Shown: positions 39,570 through 49,960, counted from the first letter of the stretch. The stretch: 64,000 nucleotides of DNA from an uncultured Gammaproteobacteria bacterium (GCA_964651815.1 CAZYWG010000008.1:4824-68823); one strand, 5' to 3'. Notes: a model not told the origin generated them from the sequence alone. Made by a program: numbers and translations.

Positions 39570-41441
39570 TTAACTCGCGCCGCCGCCCCCGCCTCCTCCT
39601 CCACCACCCCCGCCGCCTGAAAAGCCTCCACCAGAACCAGATGAAAAAGAGGAAGAAAATGCCGTTCCCATATCTGACATACTTTGCGAGAATCCGGTCG
39701 CAAAATCAGTGCCAATTCCTGACATAGAATTCGAGACATTTTGTCCTGATACCGAACTGTAATAATACCACCCCGGCACAACCGCGCCGCTTTGTGACAA
39801 AATTAATGGAAGATATTGGGCAACTTTTGTAGCTATTCCAAAAACAGTCCCGTAAACCAGCATTTCTTCCCAAATAACCAGAGCCTGCGGAAGTTCATTT
39901 TTAAATTGGGAAAAATCATTTAGAAAGTGTTTAAACGCCAACCACTCAAATGCTTCTTTACCGGCAGCTTTTGTCCATCTTAGAAACTTGTTTGAAATAC
40001 CCAAAAAGATTGCTCCTCCAAAAATTATTAAAATCCAACTGGCTTCTGCAAATTTAAATATATCGATACCAAAAAATAAAGAAAGAGCACCAGAAATTAT
40101 TATTGCAAAAACAATGTTTGAAATTATAAAAAATTTTCTCCAAGTTGTACTTTGAACTTCAACATCTTTAGAGAGCGTAAATTCAGCTTTTATTTGATCT
40201 TGCCAGCTCTTAAAAAAAGTTCTCGTTTTCATGGGATAACTTTTCATGCCACTTTTGATATCATCAACTTTGATATTTTTTGAATCATCCGAAAATGAAA
40301 AAATAAAATCATAGACTTGCTGCTCAAAATATTTGAGTGGTTTTTTTGAAGGGTAAGATTTTTCATCTTTGTGTATAATATAATTGTAAGAAGTTGAGCC
40401 AGCTCCTATCCCCAAAAATCCGCTTGAAACTTTTTCCTGTGCCTCTATTTTTATATATTTCTTTCGCGCTAAATCTAATATTGTAGCTGTAAAAGAATTG
40501 GCAGAAATATTTATACCTTGTGTAATTAATGCTTCAACAAGCGCCGGCTCAAGATTGGAAGGAGGATTATGTATATATTTTGGAACACCTTCGTAGTATT
40601 CACGTCCATGACGGCGCCACATTAAATACCAAAATATAATCCAAACTATGATAGCTGTAGGTATTGAAAATAATCCGACAACTCGTGTTCTTTCTTTTAA
40701 TACAGTTGCATTTTGAAATGATTTTTCTTCTTTTTTTATTCTTGGCAGCGCCGTTTCATCAATATGTGTGCCTGAAGTGATAAGCGACACTGGAAATAAA
40801 ACTCGGACTTCTACAAATGTGCTTTCAGGAATGTTTGAAACTAAAAATTGCACGGTTGATCCGTCAAGAATCAAGGCTTGGCCGTTGAGTGGACCGTGTC
40901 CCCAGACATAAACTTGATCTTTTGACGCGCCTTGCGGCAAATGAACTGTAACAGTTGCTTTATCTGTTTTGGTGGCCCATCCATCTCCTATTGCTTTCCA
41001 ATATAATTCTGCAACGTCATTATAAGAAGTTAGGGCATTAGTTACAGTGTATGTCAAAACAAATTCACGATTTTCATTGTATGAAGAATGATATGCTTCA
41101 ATATGTTCAGAATCCCCACGCCTTACTGCTGAAAACTTATGGACCGGACGATAAGGATCAGGAGCAGGAAATTGAATATATTTAACACTATCCGGGTTAT
41201 CTTCGGAAAACGAAACGTCATTTATTTCTTGATCACTTTTCAGAGGGATATCCCAATAAATTTGAGAGAAACTTCCGTCAAAATAAGACGTTCGCTTTTC
41301 AACCACATTGATGCTGGAATCCGGATTTACAGTAATATCAGAAGTGACGCTTGGGAAATAAAAAGACTTTGCATAACTTGCCTTTGGGAAAAGAAAAAAT
41401 AAAATCAAAAATAAAAGAGAAGCATTAAATACAACCTTCAT
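39570..41441 (-). CDS. DUF2207-like membrane protein with C-terminal poly-Gly tail
   Basis: Signal peptide, large extracytoplasmic N-domain, TM helices, and a C-terminal GGGFSGGGGGGGGGGGGGAS tail. This architecture is typical of the DUF2207 family. Confidence 0.55.
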   Translation of the reverse strand: MKVVFNASLLFLILFFLFPKASYAKSFYFPSVTSDITVNPDSSINVVEKRTSYFDGSFSQIYWDIPLKSDQEINDVSFSEDNPDSVKYIQFPAPDPYRPVHKFSAVRRGDSEHIEAYHSSYNENREFVLTYTVTNALTSYNDVAELYWKAIGDGWATKTDKATVTVHLPQGASKDQVYVWGHGPLNGQALILDGSTVQFLVSNIPESTFVEVRVLFPVSLITSGTHIDETALPRIKKEEKSFQNATVLKERTRVVGLFSIPTAIIVWIIFWYLMWRRHGREYYEGVPKYIHNPPSNLEPALVEALITQGINISANSFTATILDLARKKYIKIEAQEKVSSGFLGIGAGSTSYNYIIHKDEKSYPSKKPLKYFEQQVYDFIFSFSDDSKNIKVDDIKSGMKSYPMKTRTFFKSWQDQIKAEFTLSKDVEVQSTTWRKFFIISNIVFAIIISGALSLFFGIDIFKFAEASWILIIFGGAIFLGISNKFLRWTKAAGKEAFEWLAFKHFLNDFSQFKNELPQALVIWEEMLVYGTVFGIATKVAQYLPLILSQSGAVVPGWYYYSSVSGQNVSNSMSGIGTDFATGFSQSMSDMGTAFSSSFSSGSGGGFSGGGGGGGGGGGGGAS

Positions 41442-41511
41442 ATTTTTATAGTATCACAATTTATTTTTTGTATGTTAAAGTTGGTATTTTTTAGGAACTA
41501 AACTTAGAGTT

Positions 41512-41874
41512 TTAATAATTTGGGTTATTTTTGTAGGGGGATATATTGACAGTTTTTGGAGTGGGAGTTGGAGTGGGAGTGTTTGTTGCTATTGGAAAGA
41601 AGACTTTTGTAAGAGTTGGGGTTGGTGTAAGTGTTGGGGTGGCGATTAACTTAAATATGGGATGGGATGTTGGGGTTGGGGTTGCCGTTAAAGAGACTGT
41701 TGGAACCGGCGTGTCACTTGGAGCAATTGTTGGCGTTGGACTAACCGACACTTTTTCAGTATTCATAGACTTTCCTGATTTCCCAGCCAAATAAAATGAA
41801 ATTCCTGTTGCTGCGATAAATAAAAGGGCGCCCACCGCAATTAAAACCAAAGGCTTACTGAATAACTTCATCAT
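41512..41874 (-). CDS. small secreted Pro/Thr-rich protein
   Basis: Signal-anchor then TPTPT low-complexity region. The opposite-strand GV-repeat ORF (41546..41794) is taken as a mirror artefact. Confidence 0.4.
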   Translation of the reverse strand: MMKLFSKPLVLIAVGALLFIAATGISFYLAGKSGKSMNTEKVSVSPTPTIAPSDTPVPTVSLTATPTPTSHPIFKLIATPTLTPTPTLTKVFFPIATNTPTPTPTPKTVNISPYKNNPNY

Positions 41875-42031
41875 TTTGGCAGTATAGCGGCGAACGTTCT
41901 TAATGTCAATAATTTTTTAGGATTTTTATTTCTTTCTCATCTGTTTTTCAGAAATTAATCATGATTGTTACAGTTTTATACAAAATATGTATATTGACTA
42001 GGAATTCTTAATTGTATTAATAATATCATTA

Positions 42032-43126
42032 GTGAAAAAATTCACCCTGTCCTGGATTTTATTTGTTGTATTTCCCGTTGCCGTTTTAGTTTTTCTATTT
42101 GGTAAAATAACAAACGTCCAAGGCGCCGCAAATCACTTAGTCATTTCTCAAGTTCAGGCCGGCTTGGGAAATAATGAATTCATTGAACTTTATAACCCTA
42201 CGTCTTCTGATGTCAATTTAACTAACTGGCATGTTACACACAAGCTAACTGCAACGAGTAGTGCCGGAACAAATTTTATCGTCTCAGGCCTCACTGGTAC
42301 AATTCACGCTCATGGGTATTATCTAATTGCAAATGACTCGGGTATCGCGTCCCCCTCTGCAGATATATCATACGGTACAAGTTTCAGTATCAATACAACC
42401 ATAGAACTATTCAGCGATAACAAAATAACTCTAGTTGATAAAGTTGGCTTTGGAACAAATGTTGATCCTGAAGGAGCGGCTGCACAGAACCCACCGGATG
42501 GTGGAAGTATTGAGAGAAAAGCAGATGACACAGGTGGTAATGGATTAGATACTGATAATAATTCAAACGATTTTGTGACTCTTGCAACTTCTGAACCGCG
42601 AAATTCCTCTATAATAGTTACTCCTACTCCAACCTCAACTCCCACACCAACTGATACTCCAACTCCAACAAATACACCAACGCCAACCCCGACTGATACA
42701 CCTACTCCAACACCTACCGATACTCCAACGCCGACCGCGACTCCCACTCCGACGCCTACTGAAACACCAACACCTACTCCAACCGAAACTCCTACTCCAA
42801 CCGCGACACCAACCCCAACGCCTACTGAAACGCCGACTCCAACTCCTACAAATTCACCCACTCCTACACTCACACCCTCTCCCACCGCAACGCCAACCCC
42901 AATTCCCCCGACACCAACGGCGACTTTGACCCCAACTTCAATTCCATCAACTCCAACACCTACGTTAACGCCGACTTTGTCTCCAACTGCTACACCTACT
43001 CCTACAATTATTTTCCCACAAATCCCAAGATTCCAGACAGTTTGCGTAACTCATTTTATAGATTTTACAGTGCTATTTTTACACTTCCACATTCCATACC
43101 CGGTGTGTACTTTGGTGAGAATTTAA
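42032..43126 (+). CDS. lamin-tail-domain (LTD) protein with long (T-P-T-P)n linker
   Basis: GTG start. Signal anchor. [30 protein letters not shown] matches the LTD signature. About 140 aa of TPTPTxTPTP repeats. The C-terminal 40 aa are odd and possibly frameshifted. Confidence 0.6.
   Translation: MKKFTLSWILFVVFPVAVLVFLFGKITNVQGAANHLVISQVQAGLGNNEFIELYNPTSSDVNLTNWHVTHKLTATSSAGTNFIVSGLTGTIHAHGYYLIANDSGIASPSADISYGTSFSINTTIELFSDNKITLVDKVGFGTNVDPEGAAAQNPPDGGSIERKADDTGGNGLDTDNNSNDFVTLATSEPRNSSIIVTPTPTSTPTPTDTPTPTNTPTPTPTDTPTPTPTDTPTPTATPTPTPTETPTPTPTETPTPTATPTPTPTETPTPTPTNSPTPTLTPSPTATPTPIPPTPTATLTPTSIPSTPTPTLTPTLSPTATPTPTIIFPQIPRFQTVCVTHFIDFTVLFLHFHIPYPVCTLVRI
42614..43037 (+). repeat. tandem 12-18-nt repeats encoding (TPTPT[DETN])n
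   Basis: Visible nucleotide periodicity (actccaac[acgt]cc[ta]actga...) throughout the segment. Confidence 0.7.
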
Positions 43127-43866
43127 GCTTGAGTTTTAGTATCGGGAGAATTGCTAATCATTAAAGGGTTCTTATTTCCTAACTTTATTATGACGGATCT
43201 TATGCGATCATGAATTACCTGTATTGATTTCAATCCAAAAAAATCTTTTATTTCATCAGGTGTCCACTTTCTTCCATCTTCTAATCCTAACCAAAGTGAC
43301 AAAGTTTTATACTGCATTGCTGTCAATCTTTCATGCGCTCCACCTTTAAGAACGTTGACCAAAGCATCCTCATCAAACTTTAATTTCTCTCTTCCCGCAG
43401 GTTTCATTGAATTTTCATCTCCTGATGATGGATCAGGCACTTGCTCTCTCAAGGAATCTGAACCTTCATCTACATCTACGACAAGAGACCGTACGCTCTT
43501 ACGCAAATCCCTCTCTCTGTCGCTCAAATATTTATCCTTCTCATCCGTTTCATTTCTTAATTTCTGTGAAGCATTTCTAAAAATGGTGGGAAGCTGGTAA
43601 TTTCCAATTGAAGGCAGTGTACCATCAATAAATGTTCTGTATCTTAGATTAATTTCAGATTGATATCCAACATATAATAAATAAGAAAGTGTTTCAAATC
43701 CAACACCCGTATCTTTTTTTAACCTCAATAAATCTACAGAATCAGCAGGGGACGCGTACTCAATGTGACCAGCCACTTTAGCGATTTGTAAAATTCTATT
43801 AGTCTTGGCAACTTTTTCTTTTGCCTCCGCTGCTTGATGATGAGCGCCAGATGTTTCAAGAACCAT
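43123..43866 (-). CDS. sigma-70 region-4-like HTH protein
   Basis: C-terminus [51 protein letters not shown] matches the sigma-70 region-4 consensus. The N-terminal 170 aa are not clearly region 2. Confidence 0.45.
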   Translation of the reverse strand: MVLETSGAHHQAAEAKEKVAKTNRILQIAKVAGHIEYASPADSVDLLRLKKDTGVGFETLSYLLYVGYQSEINLRYRTFIDGTLPSIGNYQLPTIFRNASQKLRNETDEKDKYLSDRERDLRKSVRSLVVDVDEGSDSLREQVPDPSSGDENSMKPAGREKLKFDEDALVNVLKGGAHERLTAMQYKTLSLWLGLEDGRKWTPDEIKDFFGLKSIQVIHDRIRSVIIKLGNKNPLMISNSPDTKTQA

Positions 43867-43906
43867 TTAAAAACATTTTAGACTTATAGTACAACCTTGT
43901 CAATGA

Positions 43907-44290
43907 TTATATGTATTTTTTAGCAAAAATGTCTGCCTCTTTTTCCTGTTTCCGGATTTCTTCTTTTGTTTGAACAACCAGAGTTGAATTTCTATGACCC
44001 AATACAACATGCCCTATTTCATGCGCAATAGTGTAATCAATTTGTGCTTGGTCTTGCTCAAACAATTCATCACTTAAAAATATTAAGTGGCGGTCTTTTA
44101 TGTCGTTCCCGGTGAATGTAAATGCGTATGCGTCTTCCATTGAACCCATAAACCAACACTTTCGTGTGACAAACTTAATGATTTCAGGAGTCATGCCCGT
44201 TAAAACCCGGCAGACCATTACACCCATCCTTTTACTCCCAACGAGTTTACCCCCAAAAGAATCATAAATTTTTTTAATTTTGTCGTTCAT
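43907..44290 (-). CDS. ImmA/IrrE-like zinc metallopeptidase (HEXXH)
   Basis: 127 aa with AHEIGHVVLGH motif. Confidence 0.55.
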   Translation of the reverse strand: MNDKIKKIYDSFGGKLVGSKRMGVMVCRVLTGMTPEIIKFVTRKCWFMGSMEDAYAFTFTGNDIKDRHLIFLSDELFEQDQAQIDYTIAHEIGHVVLGHRNSTLVVQTKEEIRKQEKEADIFAKKYI

Positions 44291-44298
44291 AAATTATA

Positions 44299-45132
44299 TT
44301 AGTCAGACTGCAATTCAGCAACCACCGGCATGTGGTCTGACCCCGCAAGTAATTCTGCCTTTGATGATACAACTTTTAAATTTTTAACCCAAATATAATC
44401 AATTTTTTGATGAAGGTGAAAAGGGAAAAACGACTTTAGCTTTAAAAAGAAAGGCGTTGCATATTTTTCGCTTACGTTAAAAATATCAACACTCCAAGGG
44501 ATATTTCTCGTCGCGTCGATAAATTCCTGACCGAGAACATTCTGAATTAGGGAGTACTCTTTCTTATGATTAAAAATGTCAATATTGTTAAAATCGCCGC
44601 AAATTATCTCATAATCCGCGTCTCTTGCTTTAAGCCTTTCAGCAAAAAAGTGTTCTAGTTGCCCAATTCTATAAGAAGTGTTGGCAAAAAATTCGGGATG
44701 TACACTCGAAAATAAAAAAGTTTTGTTGTTATACTCAAATTTTGCACTGATAAAAATACGCGGATATACCACACCCTTACCTCCCATAATAAGAGTTGAA
44801 AGAAGAAATTGATAAAGCGTAAGATGCTTCATTTTTTCCATTGGGATTGCTTTTTTTGAAATAAGCTTGAGTTTTTCAGAGTTATAAACAATGGCAGTCC
44901 CCCAACGCAATCCTGTTTTTACATCACAAAGAGCAAGCTCAATTTTCCAATTTTTCCCTAAGGCTTTGATTAATTCATCACCAATAAATGCGCTGCCTTC
45001 TTCCTTTACTACTTCCTGCAATGCAAAGATATTAACACCCTCTGAGGCAAGTTTTTGTAAATTTGAAGCGATTTTTTGAATATTATACGAGTGCAAAACA
45101 TTATACGTTGCAACTTTTAATTCCTTACTCAT
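44299..45132 (-). CDS. endonuclease/exonuclease/phosphatase (EEP) family protein
   Basis: N-terminal ATYNV and C-terminal SDHMPVVAEL catalytic His motif. 277 aa. 9 nt upstream of the peptidase gene. Confidence 0.8.
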   Translation of the reverse strand: MSKELKVATYNVLHSYNIQKIASNLQKLASEGVNIFALQEVVKEEGSAFIGDELIKALGKNWKIELALCDVKTGLRWGTAIVYNSEKLKLISKKAIPMEKMKHLTLYQFLLSTLIMGGKGVVYPRIFISAKFEYNNKTFLFSSVHPEFFANTSYRIGQLEHFFAERLKARDADYEIICGDFNNIDIFNHKKEYSLIQNVLGQEFIDATRNIPWSVDIFNVSEKYATPFFLKLKSFFPFHLHQKIDYIWVKNLKVVSSKAELLAGSDHMPVVAELQSD

Positions 45133-45208
45133 AATTAATCCCTGTGATATTCTACCACTTGAGAATTATTATAATAACTTTATGCAAGAAGAAATTACAA
45201 GAAATGAA

Positions 45209-45616
45209 TTATGGCTCGGGTTTTATTTCGAGGATTAGACGAGGCAGATCATATTCATGCCAGTGTTCTGTAAGCTTGCCGCCTTTAACGCGGTAAATAT
45301 CAATAAACGTAGTCTTAACTTTTTGATTTGTTGGCTCGATCCCTAAAAAAACGCCCGAATGTATTCCCGTCATAGTAGAACGGGTTACAACCAGGTCTTC
45401 TTCTTCAATTATTAAATCCAGGTGAAAATTAATCTCAGAAAACGGCTTGAAAAAAAATTGTATATGCTCGCCCACCCCTTCTATACCCGCTGCGCTTTGC
45501 CCTGGAGTCCTACTATGTTCAATATATGAGGCGTCAATAAAATCTGAAAGGAGTGCAAGCTGGCCACCATTAAGAATCAGGTTGTAGAAATTTTCAATAA
45601 TCTTCTTATTATCCAT
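45209..45616 (-). CDS. SnoaL/NTF2-like (predicted ester cyclase) protein
   Basis: 135 aa with a pattern similar to SnoaL-like polyketide cyclase family proteins. Confidence 0.5.
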   Translation of the reverse strand: MDNKKIIENFYNLILNGGQLALLSDFIDASYIEHSRTPGQSAAGIEGVGEHIQFFFKPFSEINFHLDLIIEEEDLVVTRSTMTGIHSGVFLGIEPTNQKVKTTFIDIYRVKGGKLTEHWHEYDLPRLILEIKPEP

Positions 45617-45717
45617 TCCACATAGTATAGCAATTTATTGAATGCTGTTCCATATTGCATTTTATAGGCGTAATTTGACTATTTGATTAAAGCGGACTAT
45701 TATCTTCATTTACATCA

Positions 45718-46350
45718 ATGCCGCAGCTTGAAATTGATCTAAGCCAACCTATAAACCCTTTTGGGGTGTGGGAAAGACGTGCCCACATTCCCGGTCTGAG
45801 AAGCGTGATGTCCTTGGGACTAAATGAACAATCTGCAGAATTAGAATCCGCGAATCTCAAAAAGAGTATTTTCAAATTTTTAGGGCCGGGCGCTTTATTA
45901 GGGAAAAACGTTTTAGAAATAGGAACAGGAATTGGTAGATTTACGCAGGATCTTGCAGATTTATCAGCCTCACTAACCTCAATTGATTTAAGCCACACAA
46001 TGCTTGAACGTGCGCGGCAAAGCATGAAAACATCCCCAAATGTTAATTTTCTAAAAGCCTCTGCCAGCAGCCTGCCCTTTGAGGACAGGAGCTTCGATTA
46101 TATATTTGAAGTAACCGTTCTTCTTCATATGCCGGACGAAAAGTTTCAAGAGATTATTCGCGAGTCAAAGAGAGTTTTAAAACCAGGAGGGAAACTATTC
46201 CTGTGTGGGCCACTTGCTGATTCTCATACCCAAATCCATCAATATGTAGTCCACAGAACTTTAGGTGAATATAAAGAAGCTCTCTTCCCTTTCAAAGTTG
46301 AAAAAACTGCAAATGCGGAAGACTATACCATGTTACTCGCCGGCAAATAA
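45718..46350 (+). CDS. class I SAM-dependent methyltransferase
   Basis: Motif I VLEIGTGIGRFT, motif post-I SIDLS, 210 aa. Confidence 0.8.
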   Translation: MPQLEIDLSQPINPFGVWERRAHIPGLRSVMSLGLNEQSAELESANLKKSIFKFLGPGALLGKNVLEIGTGIGRFTQDLADLSASLTSIDLSHTMLERARQSMKTSPNVNFLKASASSLPFEDRSFDYIFEVTVLLHMPDEKFQEIIRESKRVLKPGGKLFLCGPLADSHTQIHQYVVHRTLGEYKEALFPFKVEKTANAEDYTMLLAGK

Positions 46351-46488
46351 AAACTATCAGAAGGAAATGGAAGAAAGAAGTAGATCTATTTCTTTTTTTT
46401 TGCTTTTTTCTTTTCCCTTTTTCCGTGGGTGTGTTTTTCAGCCATATATATAATTTAAACTACCTTTGAAATTTATGCAATACCCATA

Positions 46489-47085
46489 ATGCCACTGGTA
46501 AAAATTGTTATATTCAAGTATATTATTCAGATGGAAGAAAAATGTCCAAAGTGCGGATCGCCTCTTAGCCCGGTCAGTGAAACACCTACGGGGAGAAAAC
46601 TACAAAAATGCTCAACCGGGAGTTGGAACAGTGAAACAAAAAAAGCAGAAGGGTGCGATTATGTAAAATGGCTTGAAACGCCAGCAGAAACACTTGATGA
46701 AAAATGCCCAAAATGTGGCTCCCCACTTATTATGGTCGTCACGAGGTTCGGCAAAAAAATGAAGAAATGCTCAACCAATGTGTGGAATAAAGAAACCAAA
46801 AAAGCAGAGGGTTGTGATTTTGTAGAATGGCAAAACGGGACCACTGAAACATTAGACGAGGATTGTCCTGACTGCGGAAACAAGCTTATCTTATTCACAA
46901 CATCAACAGGCAAGAAGATGAAAAAATGCTCAACAAGCGGCTGGGACAGAGAGAAAAAACAAGCAACCGGATGCACTTATGTTGAATGGCTAAAACCTGG
47001 AGATTATATGAAGAACGACGGAATCCCGGTCTCCGGTGGCGAACCAAAAGATGAACCCCCACTACCCTCTGACCCAAATTCCTAG
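46489..47085 (+). CDS. stand-alone protein of three tandem topoisomerase-type C4 zinc ribbons
   Basis: Three copies of about 46 aa: CP(K/D)CGxxL...GKKMKKCST..W...KKA(E/T)GC(D/T)(Y/F)VEW. Resembles the C-terminal zinc-finger repeats of topoisomerase I. The likely true start is MEEKCPKCG at 46531. Confidence 0.55.
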   Translation: MPLVKIVIFKYIIQMEEKCPKCGSPLSPVSETPTGRKLQKCSTGSWNSETKKAEGCDYVKWLETPAETLDEKCPKCGSPLIMVVTRFGKKMKKCSTNVWNKETKKAEGCDFVEWQNGTTETLDEDCPDCGNKLILFTTSTGKKMKKCSTSGWDREKKQATGCTYVEWLKPGDYMKNDGIPVSGGEPKDEPPLPSDPNS

Positions 47086-47155
47086 TGCGGGTAAAAACAA
47101 TAACGAAATTACAGTACGATTTTTTGTATAAAAGTGGTATACTAACCCGAGACAA

Positions 47156-47644
47156 ATGAGTAATAACACAAAAACCCCCGGAAATATTGATTCCTTCAAC
47201 CCTGATTTAAATTCAAAACTCGCGGAAATGGAAGAAGAAAATTATTTATTCATTGTGGCCGATCTTAAAAAAGCTTTTCTTTATCTTTTTAACAATGGGA
47301 ATCTTGCGACGACACGCAAAATAATGGACCCAACGGTTAACAAGAAAATAAAATCAAATTCGGGGGAATTATCAGGAAGAAACACAAAGCTTGACCACAA
47401 AATTGATAATCAAATTCACAGACATCTTCAGTTAATTGCAAAAGAGGCAACAATTTTAGTATCCGGCAAAAAAATTAATGGAATTTTTATTGGCGGCCAT
47501 AAAACGCTTTTTAACAAAATCGAAAAGGAATTGCCTACGGCTTTACAAAAAATGATTCGGGGAGAATTTGTCACAGAACTCAACATACCCGAGGAAGAAT
47601 TAATAAGCCACTGCAGCCGCACGCTCCTAGATTATCTAAAATAG
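47156..47644 (+). CDS. hypothetical protein (162 aa)
   Basis: ORF with no motif. Confidence 0.4.
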   Translation: MSNNTKTPGNIDSFNPDLNSKLAEMEEENYLFIVADLKKAFLYLFNNGNLATTRKIMDPTVNKKIKSNSGELSGRNTKLDHKIDNQIHRHLQLIAKEATILVSGKKINGIFIGGHKTLFNKIEKELPTALQKMIRGEFVTELNIPEEELISHCSRTLLDYLK

Positions 47645-47705
47645 ACCCTAATACAAAAGGCAAGATTACAAAAACTCACTCTTTAGATTTTTAGAAGGAT
47701 AAGAA

Positions 47706-48326
47706 TTATTCTACTGCGGGGGTTTCTACGCTTTCGGGTACTTTGACTTCGTCGACTGCGTCGACCGGAACTGCAATTGTTGCTTTTTTGCTTACTTTTT
47801 TCTTCTTTACAACCGGAATTGCTTTTTCAGGTACAAGCTGCATATCTTCTTCCCTCACCACGTTTTCATCTTTAACCTCTTTGACCTTTGGTTGCTCACT
47901 CGATTGGGATTTTACTGAAACGGCCGGTACCAATATTTTCAAAATTCTATCTAGTTTGTAGTTAAGTGCATCAAATTGTTCTTTGTAGGAGTTACTATCT
48001 GATGGTCTTCCTCCACCAAAATCAGGTCTTGGACTTGGACGAGAATCAAAACTTGGGCGCGAGTCACGTCTGGTATCAGGTCTGCTTTCGGTTCTTCTAT
48101 TATCTCCTCCATTGTTTTCTCTGAAACAGTCTCTACAAAAAACGGGCTTACCATTTGTAGGTCTAAATGGGACTTCACATTCTTTGCCACAATTACTACA
48201 AACAGCCTTAAACATTTCGCGGTCTCCTCCACGATTTCCACCAAAGTCTCTATTGCCAAAACTTCGTCCGCCGCCTCCTCTTGAATCTGGGGCGCCAAAT
48301 CTTTTTTCTCTCTTAAAATCACGCAT
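47706..48326 (-). CDS. RGG-rich CxxC-x17-CxxC zinc-ribbon protein
   Basis: N-terminal RGGGGRSFGNRDFGGNRGG, then CSNCGKECEVPFRPTNGKPVFCRDCF, then S/R/P-rich and K-rich tail. The overlapping frame 47951..48343 is judged spurious. Confidence 0.5.
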   Translation of the reverse strand: MRDFKREKRFGAPDSRGGGGRSFGNRDFGGNRGGDREMFKAVCSNCGKECEVPFRPTNGKPVFCRDCFRENNGGDNRRTESRPDTRRDSRPSFDSRPSPRPDFGGGRPSDSNSYKEQFDALNYKLDRILKILVPAVSVKSQSSEQPKVKEVKDENVVREEDMQLVPEKAIPVVKKKKVSKKATIAVPVDAVDEVKVPESVETPAVE

Positions 48327-48386
48327 AGTCTTGTATTATACATTGTTTGGGTCGCATTAGCGAATGTAATGGAGAAAATAAAAGTC

Positions 48387-49007
48387 TTATCTTGGTCTTC
48401 TACGTTGTTGCGTGGGAATCCATTCCGAAATTTTTATGACCGAATTTAAAAGATTTGTGCTTTCCGTAACTCCTCCGGATTCAGTCACGGATTCTGTTAA
48501 AGCAGATCTTTGTTTATCATTAAGTCCCGCCACATCACCATACGCTTTTATCACAAGGAGCGCCTGAGGGGATAGTCTTTGAGTAAGCCCTAGCGCACCT
48601 TGAAGAAGCCTGAGTGCGTTGTTTCCTCGACCAATCTCATCAAGAAGAGTCATTCGATATTCCGGCGGGAGAGGAGTACGATCAAGTGCAGCACCACTTG
48701 CAAAACTTTGGAGCAAAGTCACCCTTTCGTGTTGCGTTGCGGACATAAGCTCTTGGCCTAAAGACCTTTCTTCCCAAGCAGCTCTAATACTCGCCAAATA
48801 AGCAGCTTTTGTTTCACCATTCAATGATTCATAAAGTTTCCAACTTGCACCCGTTGCTCTCATTAATTCCGTTAATTCTGCAAGTTCACGGGCGCGCTTG
48901 TCTTTTTCAACTTTTTCCCTCGCAGCTGATTCGACAGCATCTTTCACTTGTTTATCAAGCTCAGAACCCGGATTATCTTTTGCGGTTCTCTCGAATGCTT
49001 CTTGCAT
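48387..49007 (-). CDS. hypothetical protein (206 aa), moderately GC-rich
   Basis: ORF with higher GC than neighbours, alpha-helical and charged, no motif. Confidence 0.4.
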   Translation of the reverse strand: MQEAFERTAKDNPGSELDKQVKDAVESAAREKVEKDKRARELAELTELMRATGASWKLYESLNGETKAAYLASIRAAWEERSLGQELMSATQHERVTLLQSFASGAALDRTPLPPEYRMTLLDEIGRGNNALRLLQGALGLTQRLSPQALLVIKAYGDVAGLNDKQRSALTESVTESGGVTESTNLLNSVIKISEWIPTQQRRRPR

Positions 49008-49050
49008 ATGATTTGTATTATATTACAAAATCTCAAGAATGAAAATTTAG

Positions 49051-49956
49051 TTGATAGGTTATAATATAAGTATGGAATTTGTTGTAGTTCTTTATTATAA
49101 ATACACTCAGCTCGATGACCCTAAAGAAGTAATGAATTGTCAGCGCACGATTTGCGAAAAACTCAATCTGAAGGGAAGAATTTTAATTGCACATGAAGGG
49201 ATTAACGGGACTGTTGAAGGCCGAGCCCACGACATCGAACAGTATATAAAAGAAACAGAAAAGGACGCACCATTTAAAGATATAAATTGGAAGAAAAGTG
49301 CGGGAGACGGTAGTGCTTTCAAAAAACTTATAGTGCGAGTCAGGGCCGAAATTGTAACAACCGGAATTCCCGACAAAGATTTTGGTCCTCTAAAACGAGT
49401 AACCGGAAAATATTTAGATGCAGAAGAACTCTACGCATGGTTTTGTGAAAAACGCGAATTTTATATAATTGATATGAGAAACGATTTTGAATACGAACTC
49501 GGACGTTTTAAAAATTCAATCTGGCCGCAGGGACTAGGGCATTTTAGGGACGTACCAAATGCTATAAAGTCGATTGAGAATTTGAAGGATAAAACTGTTG
49601 TCACAGTCTGTACAGGAGGGGTAAGATGCGAAACTGCATCTGGACTTTTAATCAAATACGGATTCCGCGATGTTTACCAGCTAAGAGATGGAATAGTCAC
49701 TTTCATGGAAAAATATCCAAATTTGTTTTTTGAGGGAAAGCTTGTTGTGTTTGACGGGCGTGAGACAATAGGATTCAACACCGAGGCACCAGAACACAAA
49801 ACAGTAGGAAGGTGCAGAAATTGCGGGGGAACAAGCGAAAATCTTGTTAACTACTGGAATAATGGAGTTGATACTTACGGCGTTATATGTAAAAAATGTA
49901 TTGAAGCAAACCGCATAACATTGTCCCGCGATTATTACCAAAATCTATCAGACTGA
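49051..49956 (+). CDS. trhO: rhodanese-domain tRNA U34 hydroxylase TrhO (UPF0176/YceA family)
   Basis: N-terminal LYYKY...IAHEGINGT, rhodanese active-site loop CTGGVRCE, C-terminal Cys cluster. True start probably MEFVVVLYYKY. Confidence 0.8.
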   Translation: MIGYNISMEFVVVLYYKYTQLDDPKEVMNCQRTICEKLNLKGRILIAHEGINGTVEGRAHDIEQYIKETEKDAPFKDINWKKSAGDGSAFKKLIVRVRAEIVTTGIPDKDFGPLKRVTGKYLDAEELYAWFCEKREFYIIDMRNDFEYELGRFKNSIWPQGLGHFRDVPNAIKSIENLKDKTVVTVCTGGVRCETASGLLIKYGFRDVYQLRDGIVTFMEKYPNLFFEGKLVVFDGRETIGFNTEAPEHKTVGRCRNCGGTSENLVNYWNNGVDTYGVICKKCIEANRITLSRDYYQNLSD

Positions 49957-49960
49957 AGTA

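Noticed and set aside
41546-42885. GV-repeat ORFs 41546..41794 (+) and 42319..42885 (-)
   Set aside because: They are reverse-complement readings of the (TP)n-encoding repeats. The sense strands have signal peptides and recognisable domains.
47951-48343. Alternative-frame ORF overlapping the RGG/zinc-ribbon gene
   Set aside because: Same strand but a different frame. The 47706..48326 frame carries the CxxC-x17-CxxC and RGG features, and the other frame has none.
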